DNA from: Sphagnum compactum
Lineage: Eukaryota
Length of the DNA stretch: 64,000 nt
Reading direction: 5' to 3'
Assembly (NCBI GenBank): GCA_965153455.1
Contig: OZ234493.1
Span: 6,996,213 to 7,060,212 of the forward strand
This document shows positions 35,028-48,009 of this stretch, one piece after another. Under the pieces are notes generated by a model. That model ran no database searches, was not told the origin of the DNA, and worked only from the letters and a program-made list of their open reading frames with translations. The translations under genes and the position numbers were made by a program. Position 1 is the stretch's first letter. Every line of letters starts with the position of its first letter.

Positions 35028-38000
35028 TGATAATGCTGCCTCTCTCCAGTGCTAGGTATTTCTAATGCCACAAGCTCTTTCTCCTCTCTCTTTGTTCTCT
35101 CACGCGCATACATACCCCAAAAAAACCTACAAAGTCATTGGCACCACCACCCACCAGCTTGACAGTGGCAGGCAAGATGTGGCTGGCCTCATTTAGTACT
35201 ATGTAGTTGAGAAAGAAATCTTCCATCTGAAAAAAAAAAATTCTTACTAAAAACATAGTCTGTCAAATGCTCCTCCCCACATGTTTTTGAACTTACTGGT
35301 TGGTGCAGGAGGCCCTCTCCTCTCTCTCTCTCTTCCACCGCGCTCTTTGTCTTCCAGGGTCACTCACTCAAACCAGGGCTTATTTCTGTCATGGATACCT
35401 ATTTTCTTCTGCAACTGAGACTTCCTTCTGTAAGTGTCACATTAAAACATTTTGGTGGCATCCACTCTCCTGGAGATTGAATAATTTTTTTTGGTTGAGA
35501 AGTACTGTTGTGAAATACATATTACTTTTTTTCTTCCAAGCTTGATTTGGTTCACTTGCGTATGACATGCAAGCAAGCAAGTAACCTACCTACCTTTGAA
35601 TGTCTTTATTACACAGTTTGTATGATTACCTATACACCTCTTTCTCCGATTGTGCTTTTGTCCACTACAGTTGACAATCTTTGTAGGGTTTTTAGCTACT
35701 GAGTTGTGGTGTAATTTGTATCGAGTACCCCTTGGCAGATGTACCCTGTGGCTGCTTGCCATCAAACAATAAATTTCAGCTGATATACATACAGGGGTTT
35801 TGCTTGTGTTGTATATATATTTTCCCCGTGAGTGAAGTTTGTCTGCTCAAGGGTTAAAAACTTGTGGTCTTCAGAGACTTATCTTTGAAGACATTGTCAG
35901 AATATGAGTATGTGAGTCTCTTACCTTGAGAGTGTCAGGCCCTGAAATTGTACATATGTATGGGAGCTGCTAAAGGGTTCTTGGATTGGATTGTTTTCTT
36001 TCTGCTAAATTGCTTGAGACTTGTATTGTGTAAGAGCTAGCTGTACAGAGTTTTCATAAGGTTGCCTCATGAGGATGGAGTGTTCCAACTGCAGAGTTGT
36101 AACCTTTTGTAGAAGAATTGGATCTGCTGGTTTCTGCTTTGGTAAAAGATTAGATATTGCTTCTGATGAGTTGGGAAGTCTCATATTGGGAGAGGCTGAT
36201 GCTTGATTTGTATCTTCTTCATATGCACAGTGCAGAACCCAAAGTGAAAGTTGTAACTATGAATTGTGAAGTTGGATTTCCTGCCAGATTTCAAGGATCC
36301 ATGCCACAAAGGTTTCAAACTACCCTATTGTGGAAGGGCAATGCACCACTACTCTTCCAAAAGCACTCTGGAGGGAATTTTATATATGATACAGAAAACT
36401 CAGAGCTGTTTTTTAGGGTTTTCAGTTCTCCCTGCCAATTCTGCCAGCCACCTTCTCTTTTGTGACCTAATGGCCCTCTACCTGGCCAATCACCAATCTG
36501 AATGATCTAGTGCTACCCATGGCTCCAATCTGTTTTTGTGCTGCAATCCCATCCTGAAGATGCAAAGTTCAAGCTGATAATTGATAGTTGACAAATTCTT
36601 CTGCACACTAGTGTGGCCTGTGTTACTGGGTAAAGTGTGAACAGGACTTTGTGACTGCTCCAAGTGTGAGAAGGATCCTGATGATAGAGTCTGGTTGTGA
36701 GATGGTTATATTATTTTTAAAAGTTTCACCTTGCCTTTATGAATGTTGCAAATCACCTTACAAAAACTCTCTTATGCCTTCTGCCTTAGGTTTAGGGTTT
36801 ATACGAAATCTCCCACATCTCCAGGGAAATTATGAAAAATAGTGTTGAGTGGAAAAATTGCGATCGAGGAGGTCCTCTTAAGATAATTACAAAGAATGAG
36901 AAATCGTGGTTAAGGAGGTCTAGTTTCACCTACACAACACGCCGTGCAAGATTGAAAAATTGTGAACGGAGTTTGCTTGTGCAACCAATCAAATTAACCA
37001 CATGACCAAATCGAGTACAACCTTAACATCTTACTTTTTGAAAAAGTATTATTATTTTCATTGCGTAAGGAATCACAACATCATCGTATGTAGGCTAAGT
37101 GAGGAGTGCAACTATAACCAAATAAATACTGGGTCCAGCAATAAGGTTAAAAGGCTGGTAGCATGGAACCAAAACATGTATGGCAATAATCCAATTCAAG
37201 TCTTGGTTTAAGGCCCACTTTAGATGGGGTCCATGGTCCAAATTCTTAGGAACCGAATTGGACTCATTTGAAGCAAATTGAGTCCTTGAGTTGAACCCTC
37301 CCTTGGACCCTAGCTTGCGTCTTGGTTCTTCAAATTGTGAGTGAACTCTCTTGTTTAGATCTTCTTTTTTTTAATTAAAAATTAATTTTATAAAAATTTA
37401 GGGGTTTGAACCAATTGGTTTTCTCTTCAATATGTTGCCATGTAGGTTTAGCCTTGATTTGCCACCTTTTAGTCTTGGACCCTCATCTAAAGGCCATGGG
37501 TCCAATTTATGGCTCTCAATCAATAGGATTGCTCTATTTCCTTAGACCTTAGACCCTCGTCTAAAGTAGCCCTTAATAGCAGGAGGGTGTCGCAGATGAC
37601 ATCTAGAAACCAAATCCAACATACACAACTAAATCTACATTAATGGTTTTATAATTAATTAAAAGATAAAATATTTCATTTAACTTAGTTCATTATTAGT
37701 GGATGAATTTTATTCATGAATATTAATCTAAGTGATGATCTAGAATATTCATTTTCCATCCAAAAATGGATAAAAGTCATCCAACATCACTCATCAAAAT
37801 TATTTAATTCATTCATCAACATGTATTTTTCATCCATAATAGGTATTTAAAAAGGTGACCATCTTTTTGATGTGATGGCATTTAAGTCTAAAGTTTAAAC
37901 TTGCTTTATTGTATTTTGTTTTAACCTTTGCAAATGAAAACTATAGTACCATAGAATATTTTAACAATGTTATTTTTCCTAAAATTTGTGTAAGCATAGG

Positions 38001-39049
38001 TGGAAAGTAATTTTATGATATAGTAGCACACATGGCACTTTTGTCTAATGCACTAGAAAATTCTACCAAGATGGTGAATTTTAAGTATACAATTGGGCTA
38101 TTTAATTTTTTTTCATATGTCATTTACAACTACTTGTAATCAATTTTGGTGGCTCCATATGCACATGCTACTTGGAGTGAGCATATCATTCCCTTGGCTA
38201 TTTCAAGTTTTAACACAACAAAAATACTTAATATTTATTATTAACTCATGGTCAATAACCCCCATAGCAAATTATAACTTTCACATAACACCTACATCTA
38301 ACAATTATGCACTCCACACACCTTGGAATTGCAAGCAATAAGAGATATCATATGAAGACTCAAGGAACTAACTTCTGACTAATTAAAAGTTATTTTGTCC
38401 CCTTAACCATGTGTGGTTCCTCATGTAAACAAGTTGCTTCTAAGTTTTAATGGCTCCAAACTCTAAAGTCCAAAGTCCACCCCTTTTGACAAGTTCAAAC
38501 TTATGACAGTTCAAACAAAAAAATATTTTTTCACAAAGTTGTATGGAAAATTGACTAGCGACAATTGGTGAACATCTTTTGAAGCATCCAAGTTTGCACG
38601 TTTTCTTGTTAGAAGTTGGAGCATTTAAGATTCAATCGTGCAACATAATGTCGATGCCACACCTAGGGGAATTGAACCCCAACCTTTGTAGGTATTGCCC
38701 TTTACAATGGTTGTGTGCCTACACCCATAACGCAAACAACTCACCCAAACACATTAACATGCCCAAAAATTCACAATAGATATTGTAGTCACCCACCCAT
38801 CACCCCGAGTGAAATGTCCCAACCTCATTCCTTTAGAATCTTCATAATACAAATGTCAACTACCCAACCTCCAAGGGACAAACTTTTGAATAGAATCCAT
38901 ACTGCAACATCAAACTTGTTATCGTGAAAGTTGCTGCCAATAACACTTGTCACCTCCAATCACACAAAATTTAAAACACACAACAACCATTAAACATATT
39001 GGAAAACACAAACCTTCACATGTTATAGTCATATTGTTTCTTGGCCTTC

Positions 39050-40900
39050 TTTTCAACAAGAATGACATCATTGTAAAGGAAGTTGTTTAATGTGATTTTT
39101 TATAAAAAAACATGCACACTACTAAATCTAAGTGGTCAATAAGCCTATTGCATAATTTACTTTTCATGAAAGATAGTGTAGAAAAACAATCTTCATCTTC
39201 CACATTTCCAATCATATGAATAACATCAATTTCTATCACTTTGATATATTCCAAAATCTTCAAATTTAGAATTTGGGATGAGGTTAGATCCCACCACAAT
39301 TTAGTGGCAAGGTTCAAATCATGCAATTCTTTCAATATAAATTTTACATTATTCTTCATGGTGATTTTGAAAAAATTGGCTTACAGATCCAAGTGCTATG
39401 AATTCAACAAGGCTAGCACTTTCATTTCATTAATCATCCTTGAAGTGGCATATGCACCTTTTATGGCCTCCAAATGTTTGGAGAATGATGTTTCAACATC
39501 TTCTCAAATGAAACCAATATTGAAAATAAATTATCCCATGGCATTCATCACAATTTAAGCTAGAAACTTTGATTCCAATTCATTCACAAAAGCCATAGTA
39601 ACATTGTAACATTATTTTTTCACATAAATATCCACATCTAAAAACACTTGTTTAATGACCTAGAACACGTTGTTACTGGCTAGATCCTTACATGCCCAAC
39701 CCATATATGTTGCCCTTAAACAATTAGAAGCCAAGTGATGAATCGATGGTTGAATCTATGATTCATTTCATCATGCGTTGTGTTTGATCTCCACCAAAGA
39801 ATTGAAATTGTGGTTGGGTTATAATACATAGTTTAAACATCCCCCTGGCATATTTTGATTACAACAATGAAACACATAGAAAGACATCCAACATTTGATT
39901 AAACTTGATATGGTTGTGTAGTGCTGCCAACAAAGGAAATACACATGACAAACCAAGCAAGACTTCCACATCCACTAGGTGTTCCAAGTTAGAAGCATCC
40001 TTAGCCTATGTTGGTGTATCAAGCCCCATCTTTAATGATAATGTGTGGTACTCCTCCATCATTTGATTTGTTGAAGCTAGCATACTAATCCAACTAGTGC
40101 ACACATTTTTCAAAATTTTGTTCCTTTTTGTTTCCATCAATTTCACTAGCTTCTAAAATTCAAGGTGACATTTAAGGTTACATGGGCAAAATAGGCGTAT
40201 AATAGTTGGAATAGGCCTTCCATTCGTGAATAAAGGACAAATGGCTTAAGGTTTGGACCACCAAATTCATGTGATGTGCTAAACAATTTGTGTGGGGTGC
40301 ATACTTTTCTTAAACTTGCATTATCACAACAATGTGGATGCCTTGAAACACAACAACCCCATCAACTCCAAATGAAACAAATTTCTTGGCAATAATTTTC
40401 TTGTTCAATTCACCTCATGATGGGGATGGGGCATGGATGGGGCCTCATGGGATGTGGGGACATGGGGTCCAAAACATAGTGCTAAAACTTGCCATGTTTC
40501 AAGGTTTGCTTGCGTACATGTTGAAACCATGTTGGGCTGCCTCAAAACCTAAACAACATTATAAATTGTAGTTGAAATAACATTGGGGATCACATCAAGA
40601 CCTTTTGTCATTTGAATAAAAAACCTTGTGTGCTTTATGTTTTCAAGAATGTTTGTTCCCATAAATTTCTCCTAATTTTTGAAGGTACACCCTTAGGCTA
40701 TTGCTCTCAAGGCTACAAATGTTAAATGAATGACACACTCAAGTTGTGGGGATGAATACAACGTTAACATGGTGAAGGTCATGTTACATCCTAGTGTGTC
40801 GAATGACAACTTCCAAATATCTTCATAATCAAAGGGCCCATTTTGTGGGGTTTGAACTACATGTTCCAATGTTACGGTTTAAGGGTGAAAACACATTTTG
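39050..40900 (-). mobile_element. Decayed hAT-superfamily transposase remnant (second family)
   Basis: Minus-strand motifs NCLAHHMNLVV (CxxH, about 40255-40290), TSWISML (TRW motif, about 40080-40100) and IGNVEDEDCFSTLSFMKSKLCNRL (dimerisation domain, 39087-39359 ORF). Confidence 0.7.
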
Positions 40901-41934
40901 CCCTATCACAAAAACAAAAATTTTGCATTTGGTTTTTTTGGGTACATGTGGACGTCACATCTTAGAATATGTTTGCTAATTTCAAATATATCGCATTAAC
41001 TTTAGACTTAAATTATTTTATTAAAAAAATCCAGTAAAAATTTACAAATTTGAACATATGAAATATATTTGTGTCAAAAAAATACATGTTGTCGAGTATG
41101 AAAAATTGAAAATATATTTTAAAAATTAAGGTTATGGGTGGAATTTTGTAATGATTTTTTTGGTGTTGAGTGATATTAATGTATATTAACTAAATTAAAA
41201 ACCATTTGGAAGTTTATAATTTTTGGTTGAAAATCCATTTTAAAAATGTGTTTTTTGGCATTTCTTGAGCAATAAATGCATAATAAAAAAAATTTGGGGA
41301 AAAAACCATTACCTTAATATGCACATTGATTTTATCTAATTTCTTCATCTAACCATTGAATCTTGAATTTAACTTTGATTCAAAATGAGCTTTGAGTTCC
41401 AAAATATTGTCATGCACATCCTAAAGTTCTTTTTCTTATCTTTAGGGTTATTTAAAAATGTCATCAAGATTTCAATTTACTACACACCTATTATACTTGT
41501 TATACATCATTTTTTTGGGTGAAAAATGGTTCATTCATAATGTGCTTTCACCTTCAACTTGATGGTTATGTTCACACAAATGTAACAATTTCCCCTCCAT
41601 GCTTGCAAAAACCACTGTAGTTCTCAAATATTAGTTTATATTCACCTTATGTCATTCAAATTTGTGACAATCAACATAAAAATAATCTTACATGATAAAT
41701 TTTTCACTTATATAAAATTAGGTCATAACGACATGTAAAAACTTTATAAAAACATAAGAAATGCATTCTCAAACCCCCATGGAATAACATAAGAAAAACA
41801 TGTGAAAAGGAAGTTCATGTAATTTGGTTTGCAAAATCTTGAAAAATGTGATCATCCTAATCTATAAAATAATCCTTGTTGAAAGCTCAACAAATATTTA
41901 AAATAAATTGAAAATTATAAATATCAATTGGTAA

Positions 41935-42800
41935 AAATCGAAAGGTGATGGGAAATGTATAATAAGTGTCAATTTTTAATATGTAGCCATTTACTTTTCA
42001 AGTGTGGATTACTTGTAATACGCTCAAATGTATTGTTCACACCACATGTTAGTAATATATTGGTGTTTTTTCAAGAAATTAATTGTGATTTTATTTTACC
42101 CATAAACTTGGAAATGTGGCAACTTCTTATAACCACATTTTCAAAAAAATATTGCCCTTCCTATGTTTGAATATGTTGAAAAATTCTTAAGTGTATAAAA
42201 AACACATGCCGAATAATAATTGGTTATAATTTTAAAATGGTGGGAAATGTATATGATCTTTCAATTTTCATATGTAACCATTTTTTTTTCAAGTTTCAAA
42301 CTAGTTATACATTCAATGTATTGCTCACACCACATGTTGGTAACATAGTGGTGCATTTCAATTAAATTAAAAATTTAAAAAATTACCCATAAACTTAAAA
42401 ACATTGCAACCTTTTGTCCATTTATTATGGAATTTTTCTTGTTCATTTTATGTATAGATATGCAAAAAAAATCCTTAGTGTATTAAAAAATGGTAAATAA
42501 TAATTAGTTATAATTGAAAAGTGGTGGTAAATGTATACTAGGTGTCAAAATTTCATATGTAGCCATTTATTTATCAAGCGTGAAATATTAATTATACACT
42601 CAATGTATTGCTCACATCATGCGTCGATAGTAAATTGGTGGTTTTTTACCAAATTAACAATTATTTTACCTTACCCATAAAGTTGAAAATGTGATAGTTT
42701 CTTATCCATGTATTTTGAAATTTTACTCCATTGATTTTTTATTACATTAACAATTATCATTTATTAAGCATAAAACTAAAAATAACAAAAAAAATGGTAA
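41935..42800 (+). repeat. Three diverged tandem copies of an approximately 290-bp unit
   Basis: GGTG.TGGGAAATGTATA..., ATATGTA.CCATTT, CAATGTATTG.TCACA.CA and TTACCCATAAA.TT recur at about 41945, 42238 and 42522. Confidence 0.7.
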
Positions 42801-43675
42801 CTTTTTATCCATGTAATCTTTTCAAAAATTTCCCACCCTTGTTTACACAATACATATTGTCACAAATGCCAATATTGCACATGGTCACATGATGAATGGA
42901 ATTGTGGATTAGGAGTTATGACCCCCAAAATAAGTTGATAGTCAAACTGACAACTTGACTCCCAACCATTAAAACTTAGGAAACAATGGTCAAATGACCT
43001 TCAAAATAAATGTGTGATATATATCATCTGAAAGGTCTCTTTGAAGGTGTATGTTTTTTTTTTGAAATCTCCTCAATTAAAGCTCACGTGTGAGATTTAT
43101 GAACTTGTAAATTGCAAGACTAATAACTTGGGGGCAAAATCAATTATTTTTGAAATATGAGTTTTAGTGGGCAAAAGTTTTTGTTGTCTCGATGCAACGC
43201 AACTTTCATTATTACTCTTAAAATATATTATAAGAGAGGAGATGATGATTTCTTTGCAAATCAAAATTGTGGTTGATGTTGTGAGTTTGGTTCACTTGTG
43301 ATTTGTTCATGCACCATTTTGTTTCACTTGTGATTTATCCATGCACCATTTTGACTGGTGCATCGTCAGATGGTGGCGATCGACGGCTGGATGCGACGAA
43401 GGGGGCTATAGTGTCTTTCTTGTCTCTTTCTCTCCTCTTCGTACTTTACTCGCTCTGGTTTGGTCGCGTTCGTGTTAGGGTTTTGCGTTTCATGTTCGCT
43501 CTGGTTGTTCGTGCTCTTGTTAGGGTTTTCCCGCTTGTGGGTTGTGAGGGAGCTCGGGTCTCGCAGGGTTTTGTGGGGGCCAGTTTACGGCAGCTAGGAG
43601 GGAGCATTATTGTTTTCGTCTTTTGTTGTTAGCGTTGAAGGGTTGGGGATTTGTGTTCGGGTTTTTCCAAGGGAG

Positions 43676-45323
43676 ATGGCTGCGGTTTTGGAAACCCGAG
43701 TGGCAGGGTCGATGCTGGTGGGATGCCCGAGGTGGCAGCAGCAGCAGCAGCAGCAGCATAAGTCATCAGGGCAATGCTGCATTAGAGGAGCATCGGCTTT
43801 GCCAGCTTGTATGGGGCTCAGGATTACGGGGAGACGGCTACGAGTCACCCCTCTGGTAGCCAGTTCTGTCCCGCAGTCTTCCAGCTCGTCGCAAATCGTG
43901 TGCGAAGCTCAAGAAACGTTAACAGGATCAGGAGGTAATTTTGCAACCCTCTCTCCTTCTCCCCTTCGATTTTTTCTGGAGTCCAGGATTTTTGCCATAC
44001 TCGTGGGGAAATTTTCAGAATCTTCCCAGAACATTTGCCTGTTCTATACAGGCACCCTAAACCTCTCTGACATTTCCTCGCAGTAGCCAGAATATGAAGC
44101 TAGGACTAGTGGTGTTCAGAGTTCTGAATTTTAGAGAAACAGTTTGCCAGCATTTTGTTGTTTCTTTTGCTTTACAGCAAGAGAAGTGGTGGAGCATTTG
44201 ATCTGCTCTTGGAGCCTTTCATGCATGTACCTTGGCAATTTGTGAAAGTATATGCTATATTCCCTTGGTTGATTCGTTTTGAGAGTCTGTGCACCAAGAT
44301 AGTTGTGCTGGTTTTGTTGATCAGAGGATGATGGCATGGTTTTTGAGTTTCTGAGCTCGATACATATGTGCTTGGGTTTTTGTGTCTCGTAGTCAGCTCT
44401 TGTCACCAAGTTTTTTGCATCGTGGAGAGAGTTGTGTCATTTTGGAGAATTCATACATGAGTTGTTAAGCTCTTCCAGATCTTTTACTTTGCTGTGTGTT
44501 ATATGTAGTAGGACTGTTAATTCTTCCTATGTGCCCAACAATGGAGCCATCATTATCCAAGTTTGTGTCTAGTCATCTCCTACTATTGAGCTGGCTAGAT
44601 GCCCAAATTTTGACAGGAATATTAGCTGGACATGTTGAGCTTTACACATCGGGAAATTTAGTTCTCATTTCCGTTGTTGCTTTTGCTTTCACCCTTCTTC
44701 TGACACTAATGGTGCACTCTGCTACTCTGTGAACTTCTCCACACACAAATGAACTGTGAAGTTGTAGTTACTTCAGACTTTTGTCTATTTGATGGCTCAT
44801 CTCTGGTCTGTTCTGGCTCCAATTGACTCGCAAATGCACTGTTATCATGGAAGCTCAAGGTGTTTAATCATTTACTTGGCTTGTCAGGATGACTCTTTGC
44901 ATTTGGGTTTTTTGGCATAGAGAATGCATAGTAGGCACCATGGTCATAAATTGGGATACTCACTTTTCTGGTTTTTTTTTTTTTTTTTTTGGGTTTGCAG
45001 TAGCTGGTATTGTCACTGAAGAAACATGGAAGTCTCTTGTGTTGGAGAGTCAGATCCTGGTGCTGGTTGATTTCTGGGCCCCATGGTGTGGACCATGCCG
45101 CATGATTGCCCCTCAGATTGATCTGCTTGCCAAGGAATATGCAGGCAAGGTTAGGTGCTTGAAGATCAACACAGATGAATGCCCAGCAATTGCAACTGAG
45201 TACGGCATCCGAAGTATCCCTACTGTTATGATTTTCAAGAAAGGAGAAAAGAAAGACACAGTGATTGGAGCTGTTCCTAAGTCAACCTTGTCTAATGCAG
45301 TTGAGAAGTACATTGAATTGTAA
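43676..45323 (+). CDS. TRXM: Plastid thioredoxin, m-type; exons 43676-43934 and 45001-45323; 193 aa
   Basis: Exon 1 encodes a Ser/Arg-rich transit peptide ending [10 protein letters not shown] donor at 43935 and poly-T TGCAG acceptor at 45000; the phase-1 join is in frame. Exon 2 has [29 protein letters not shown] and DTVIGAVPK. Confidence 0.93.
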
Positions 45324-45371
45324 GCACCTCGGAGGAAGTAAATGAAGAGCTGGAGTTCTTTGGGTTTTTTT

Positions 45372-46020
45372 GAAGTTGCCCATGCTTTTTCATAGGCATC
45401 TTGGGGTTCTTTTGAAGTTGCCCAGGCTTTTTCATAGGCATCTTGAGGTTTTTAAGAAGCTGCCTAGGCTTTTTCATAGGCATCTTGGGCTTTATCCTAA
45501 GCTGCCCATGTTTTTTCATAGGCATTTTGGTATTTTTCCTAGGTTGCTCAAGCTTTTTAACATGTTGTTTGAGTTTTTTCCTAGCTACTGAGGCCTTTTT
45601 ACAAGGTGCTTGGACTTTTTCCTAATGTGATTAGGCTTTTTCTTAGTTTTTTAAGGCTTTTTATAGGTTGTCTTGGCTCCTTCCCATGTTGCCTAGGCAT
45701 TTTCGTAGGTTACTTGGGCTCTTTCCTAGGGTGCCTAGTCTTCTTTAAAGGTTATTTAACTTTTTCCATAGGTTGCATGGGCTCTTTCCTAAGATGCTTA
45801 GGTTTTTTTAACATGCCTAGACTTTTTCATAGGTTGCTTGAGTTATTTCCTAGGGTACCTACCCTATTTTAGAGGTCCCCTAGACCTTTTTCATGGGATG
45901 CATGGGCTTTTAATAGGTTCAGTAGGCTCACACTAAGATTCCTTGGGTTTATCATTGGCTTCATGGGTATTTTCTTAGGCCTTTGTCTAGGTGTTTTCAT
46001 AGGTTGCTTGGTGAGGTCCT
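45372..46020 (+). repeat. 42-bp (2x21-bp) tandem repeat decaying into 21-bp units
   Basis: GAAGTTGCCCATGCTTTTTCATAGGCATCTTGGGGTTCTTTT at 45372, 45414, 45456 and about 45498, then increasingly diverged units to about 46020. Confidence 0.85.
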
Positions 46021-46118
46021 AGGCTACATTTTGTTATCAGGACGCTAGGGCTCTTTCCCCCGAGGCTACGCATAGGCTTCGCGTTTTGTGTGTGTTTTTG
46101 TATAGTGGCAAATTGGCG

Positions 46119-48009
46119 ATGACCGACAGAATTCTGCCACTCAGCTTGCTTCACACAGCTGCTGCAGCTCTGTCGCTCCATTCAACTGTCCCAAGCAGTA
46201 CAAGGGAGTGTTTGTCAGCAGAATAACAGCAGCGGCGGCAGCAGCCTGGTCCAAATCAAACTTCTTGGCTCCTCCTCAAGGCACGACCACTGCCTGGAAG
46301 CAAGGCAGGCTTGGTAAGGGTTTGGAGTTAAAGAAAGGGATGAAGGATGGGAGGAGAGGGAGGTCTATGAGAGTGGCTGCGATCAGGGATTCATTGGTGA
46401 GAATCAGCAGCTTCTTCTTCTTCTTCTTTTCTGCACTCTGCTTCTGATAGTTTGTGTTGTGTCAGGCCATCCATAGCTTGGTGGTTTTGAGTTTCTGGTC
46501 TCCTTGCAAAGTGGTTGTGGCTTCAGAGCTTTGGACCAGATGTTTTCGAGATGTTTTCCGCATAATAATCAAACCAGTTAGAATGGAAGACATTGAGAGA
46601 ATGAGATGTCGCTTTGGATTCAGATCCCAGCTACAAAATGCAGGTCACTAGGTTAAGGTCTTAGGGTCCTGAAATGCAGAACCCTAAGAGGGTTTTGTAT
46701 ATCCTTTTGTAACAGTTGCCGTGATCACATTGCCCATAGCTGTGATGATAGGAATTATGTCCATCTGTAAGAGAGAAGCAGTGGCTTCAAAGACAAAGAG
46801 ACATGCAATCCTCACATGTCATTTGGATTCATCATCAGTATCAGTTTTGATTTCAGCTGCATTGTATTGGCCATCTTCACAAATTTATCTTCCTATGTGC
46901 AAATGCTTGTTTACTGAGATGGCACTGAATGCAGGGTGGTTCAGAGAGAACATATGTGATGGTGAAGCCAGATGGTGTACAGCAAGGCCTGGTAAGTGCT
47001 GCAATCTGCGACTTCAGCAATCCTGGTTTTGGATACAGATCCATATTTGCCGTTCCTTGTTTAGTAGAAAGAAAGCTGATGAGTTCTCTTCTCGGCAGGT
47101 TGGTGAGATCATCTCAAGGTTTGAGCGCAAAGTGTTTGTTCTGAAAGATTGAAGCTTTTCCAGACACCTCAGAACTTGCACTGGTAGGTCCTGTGAAAGT
47201 GATCAACATCTATTTACAATCTGTTCATCACATAAGTCTCCACAGCTTCCACATATTGGATGATGTCCCTGATTTGGAGACTTTGGGAGGGGTTGCAGAA
47301 TCATTACCTTGAGCTGAAGGAGAAAACGTTTTATCCGAAGCTTGTACAGTATATCATTTCCAGCCCTGTGGTTTGCATGGTATGTCTTGTGCTTGGTCCC
47401 CTTGCATTTGTGATAACGGAATCGCATGTGACCTGTTTATACTAAGCCCTGTGGTTCTATTCCTCCCTTTATGATTTCCCCTTGGCTTATGTCAAGACTT
47501 CTGCAGAATGTAGGATGCCTTTCTTGAAAAAAATCTCATTTGTGATAGGCATGGGAAGGAGTGGGTTGCATCAGCACGAAAGCTGATAGGAGTGATAAAC
47601 CCCCTTCAAGCAGAGCCTGGGACAATCCGTGGTGATTTTCGTATTGAAGTTGGGCTGTAAGTGTCACTTAAGCCACCTTCCTTGTGGTTGCTTGCATTGT
47701 GCATAACATGGGGTTTTTCACAAGTCAACAGTATTTTCCATGCCCATGATCTGATAGTGCTCTAAGGCTTGTGGCAGGAATGTGGTGCACGGGAGTGATA
47801 GTCCTGAGAGTGGGGAGCGTGAAATTGGTAAGACATCTATACATGCACCTCCTGCTGAGTTAGCTGTTGTGTCCCTTCTTTTGGGCAAGAGGTTGCAAGC
47901 AGCAGACATTCTGACACCTGGAACTGGGTGGATGGGTGCAGCTCTTTGGTTTAAGGACAGTGAACTGGTGGAGTGGGAGCAGTGCATCACACCTTGGCTT
48001 CGTGAGTAG
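46119..48009 (+). pseudogene. NDPK2: Plastid nucleoside diphosphate kinase 2-like unprocessed pseudogene; exons ~46119-46396, 46935-46991, 47099-47183, 47299-47379, 47549-47656, 47778-47827, 47942-48009
   Basis: ERTYVMVKPDGVQQGL|VGEIISRFERK..|NHY..SSPVVCM|AWEG..ARKLIG..PGTIRGD..|NVVHGSDSPESGEREI|ALWF..WLRE*. All six introns are GT-AG. Exon 3 is 85 nt with a TGA at 47150-47152 (2 nt short of 29 codons). Exon 5 is 5 nt short. The ATG at 46119 is out of frame with the transit peptide. Confidence 0.88.

Noticed and set aside
35230-35240. A-run downstream of the epimerase as a retrogene poly(A) remnant
   Set aside because: A-runs of this length are common throughout the window, and no flanking TSD was found.
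45292-45872. Repetitive ORFs (MPMKKHGQL.., KLPRLFHRHL..)
   Set aside because: Translation of the 42-bp tandem repeat, whose length is divisible by three; no evidence of a gene.
47828-47941. Last NDPK intron is stop-free and in frame (ORF 47782-48009)
   Set aside because: It has canonical GT/AG ends at a position that restores EREIALWF, and upstream frameshifts make retention irrelevant.
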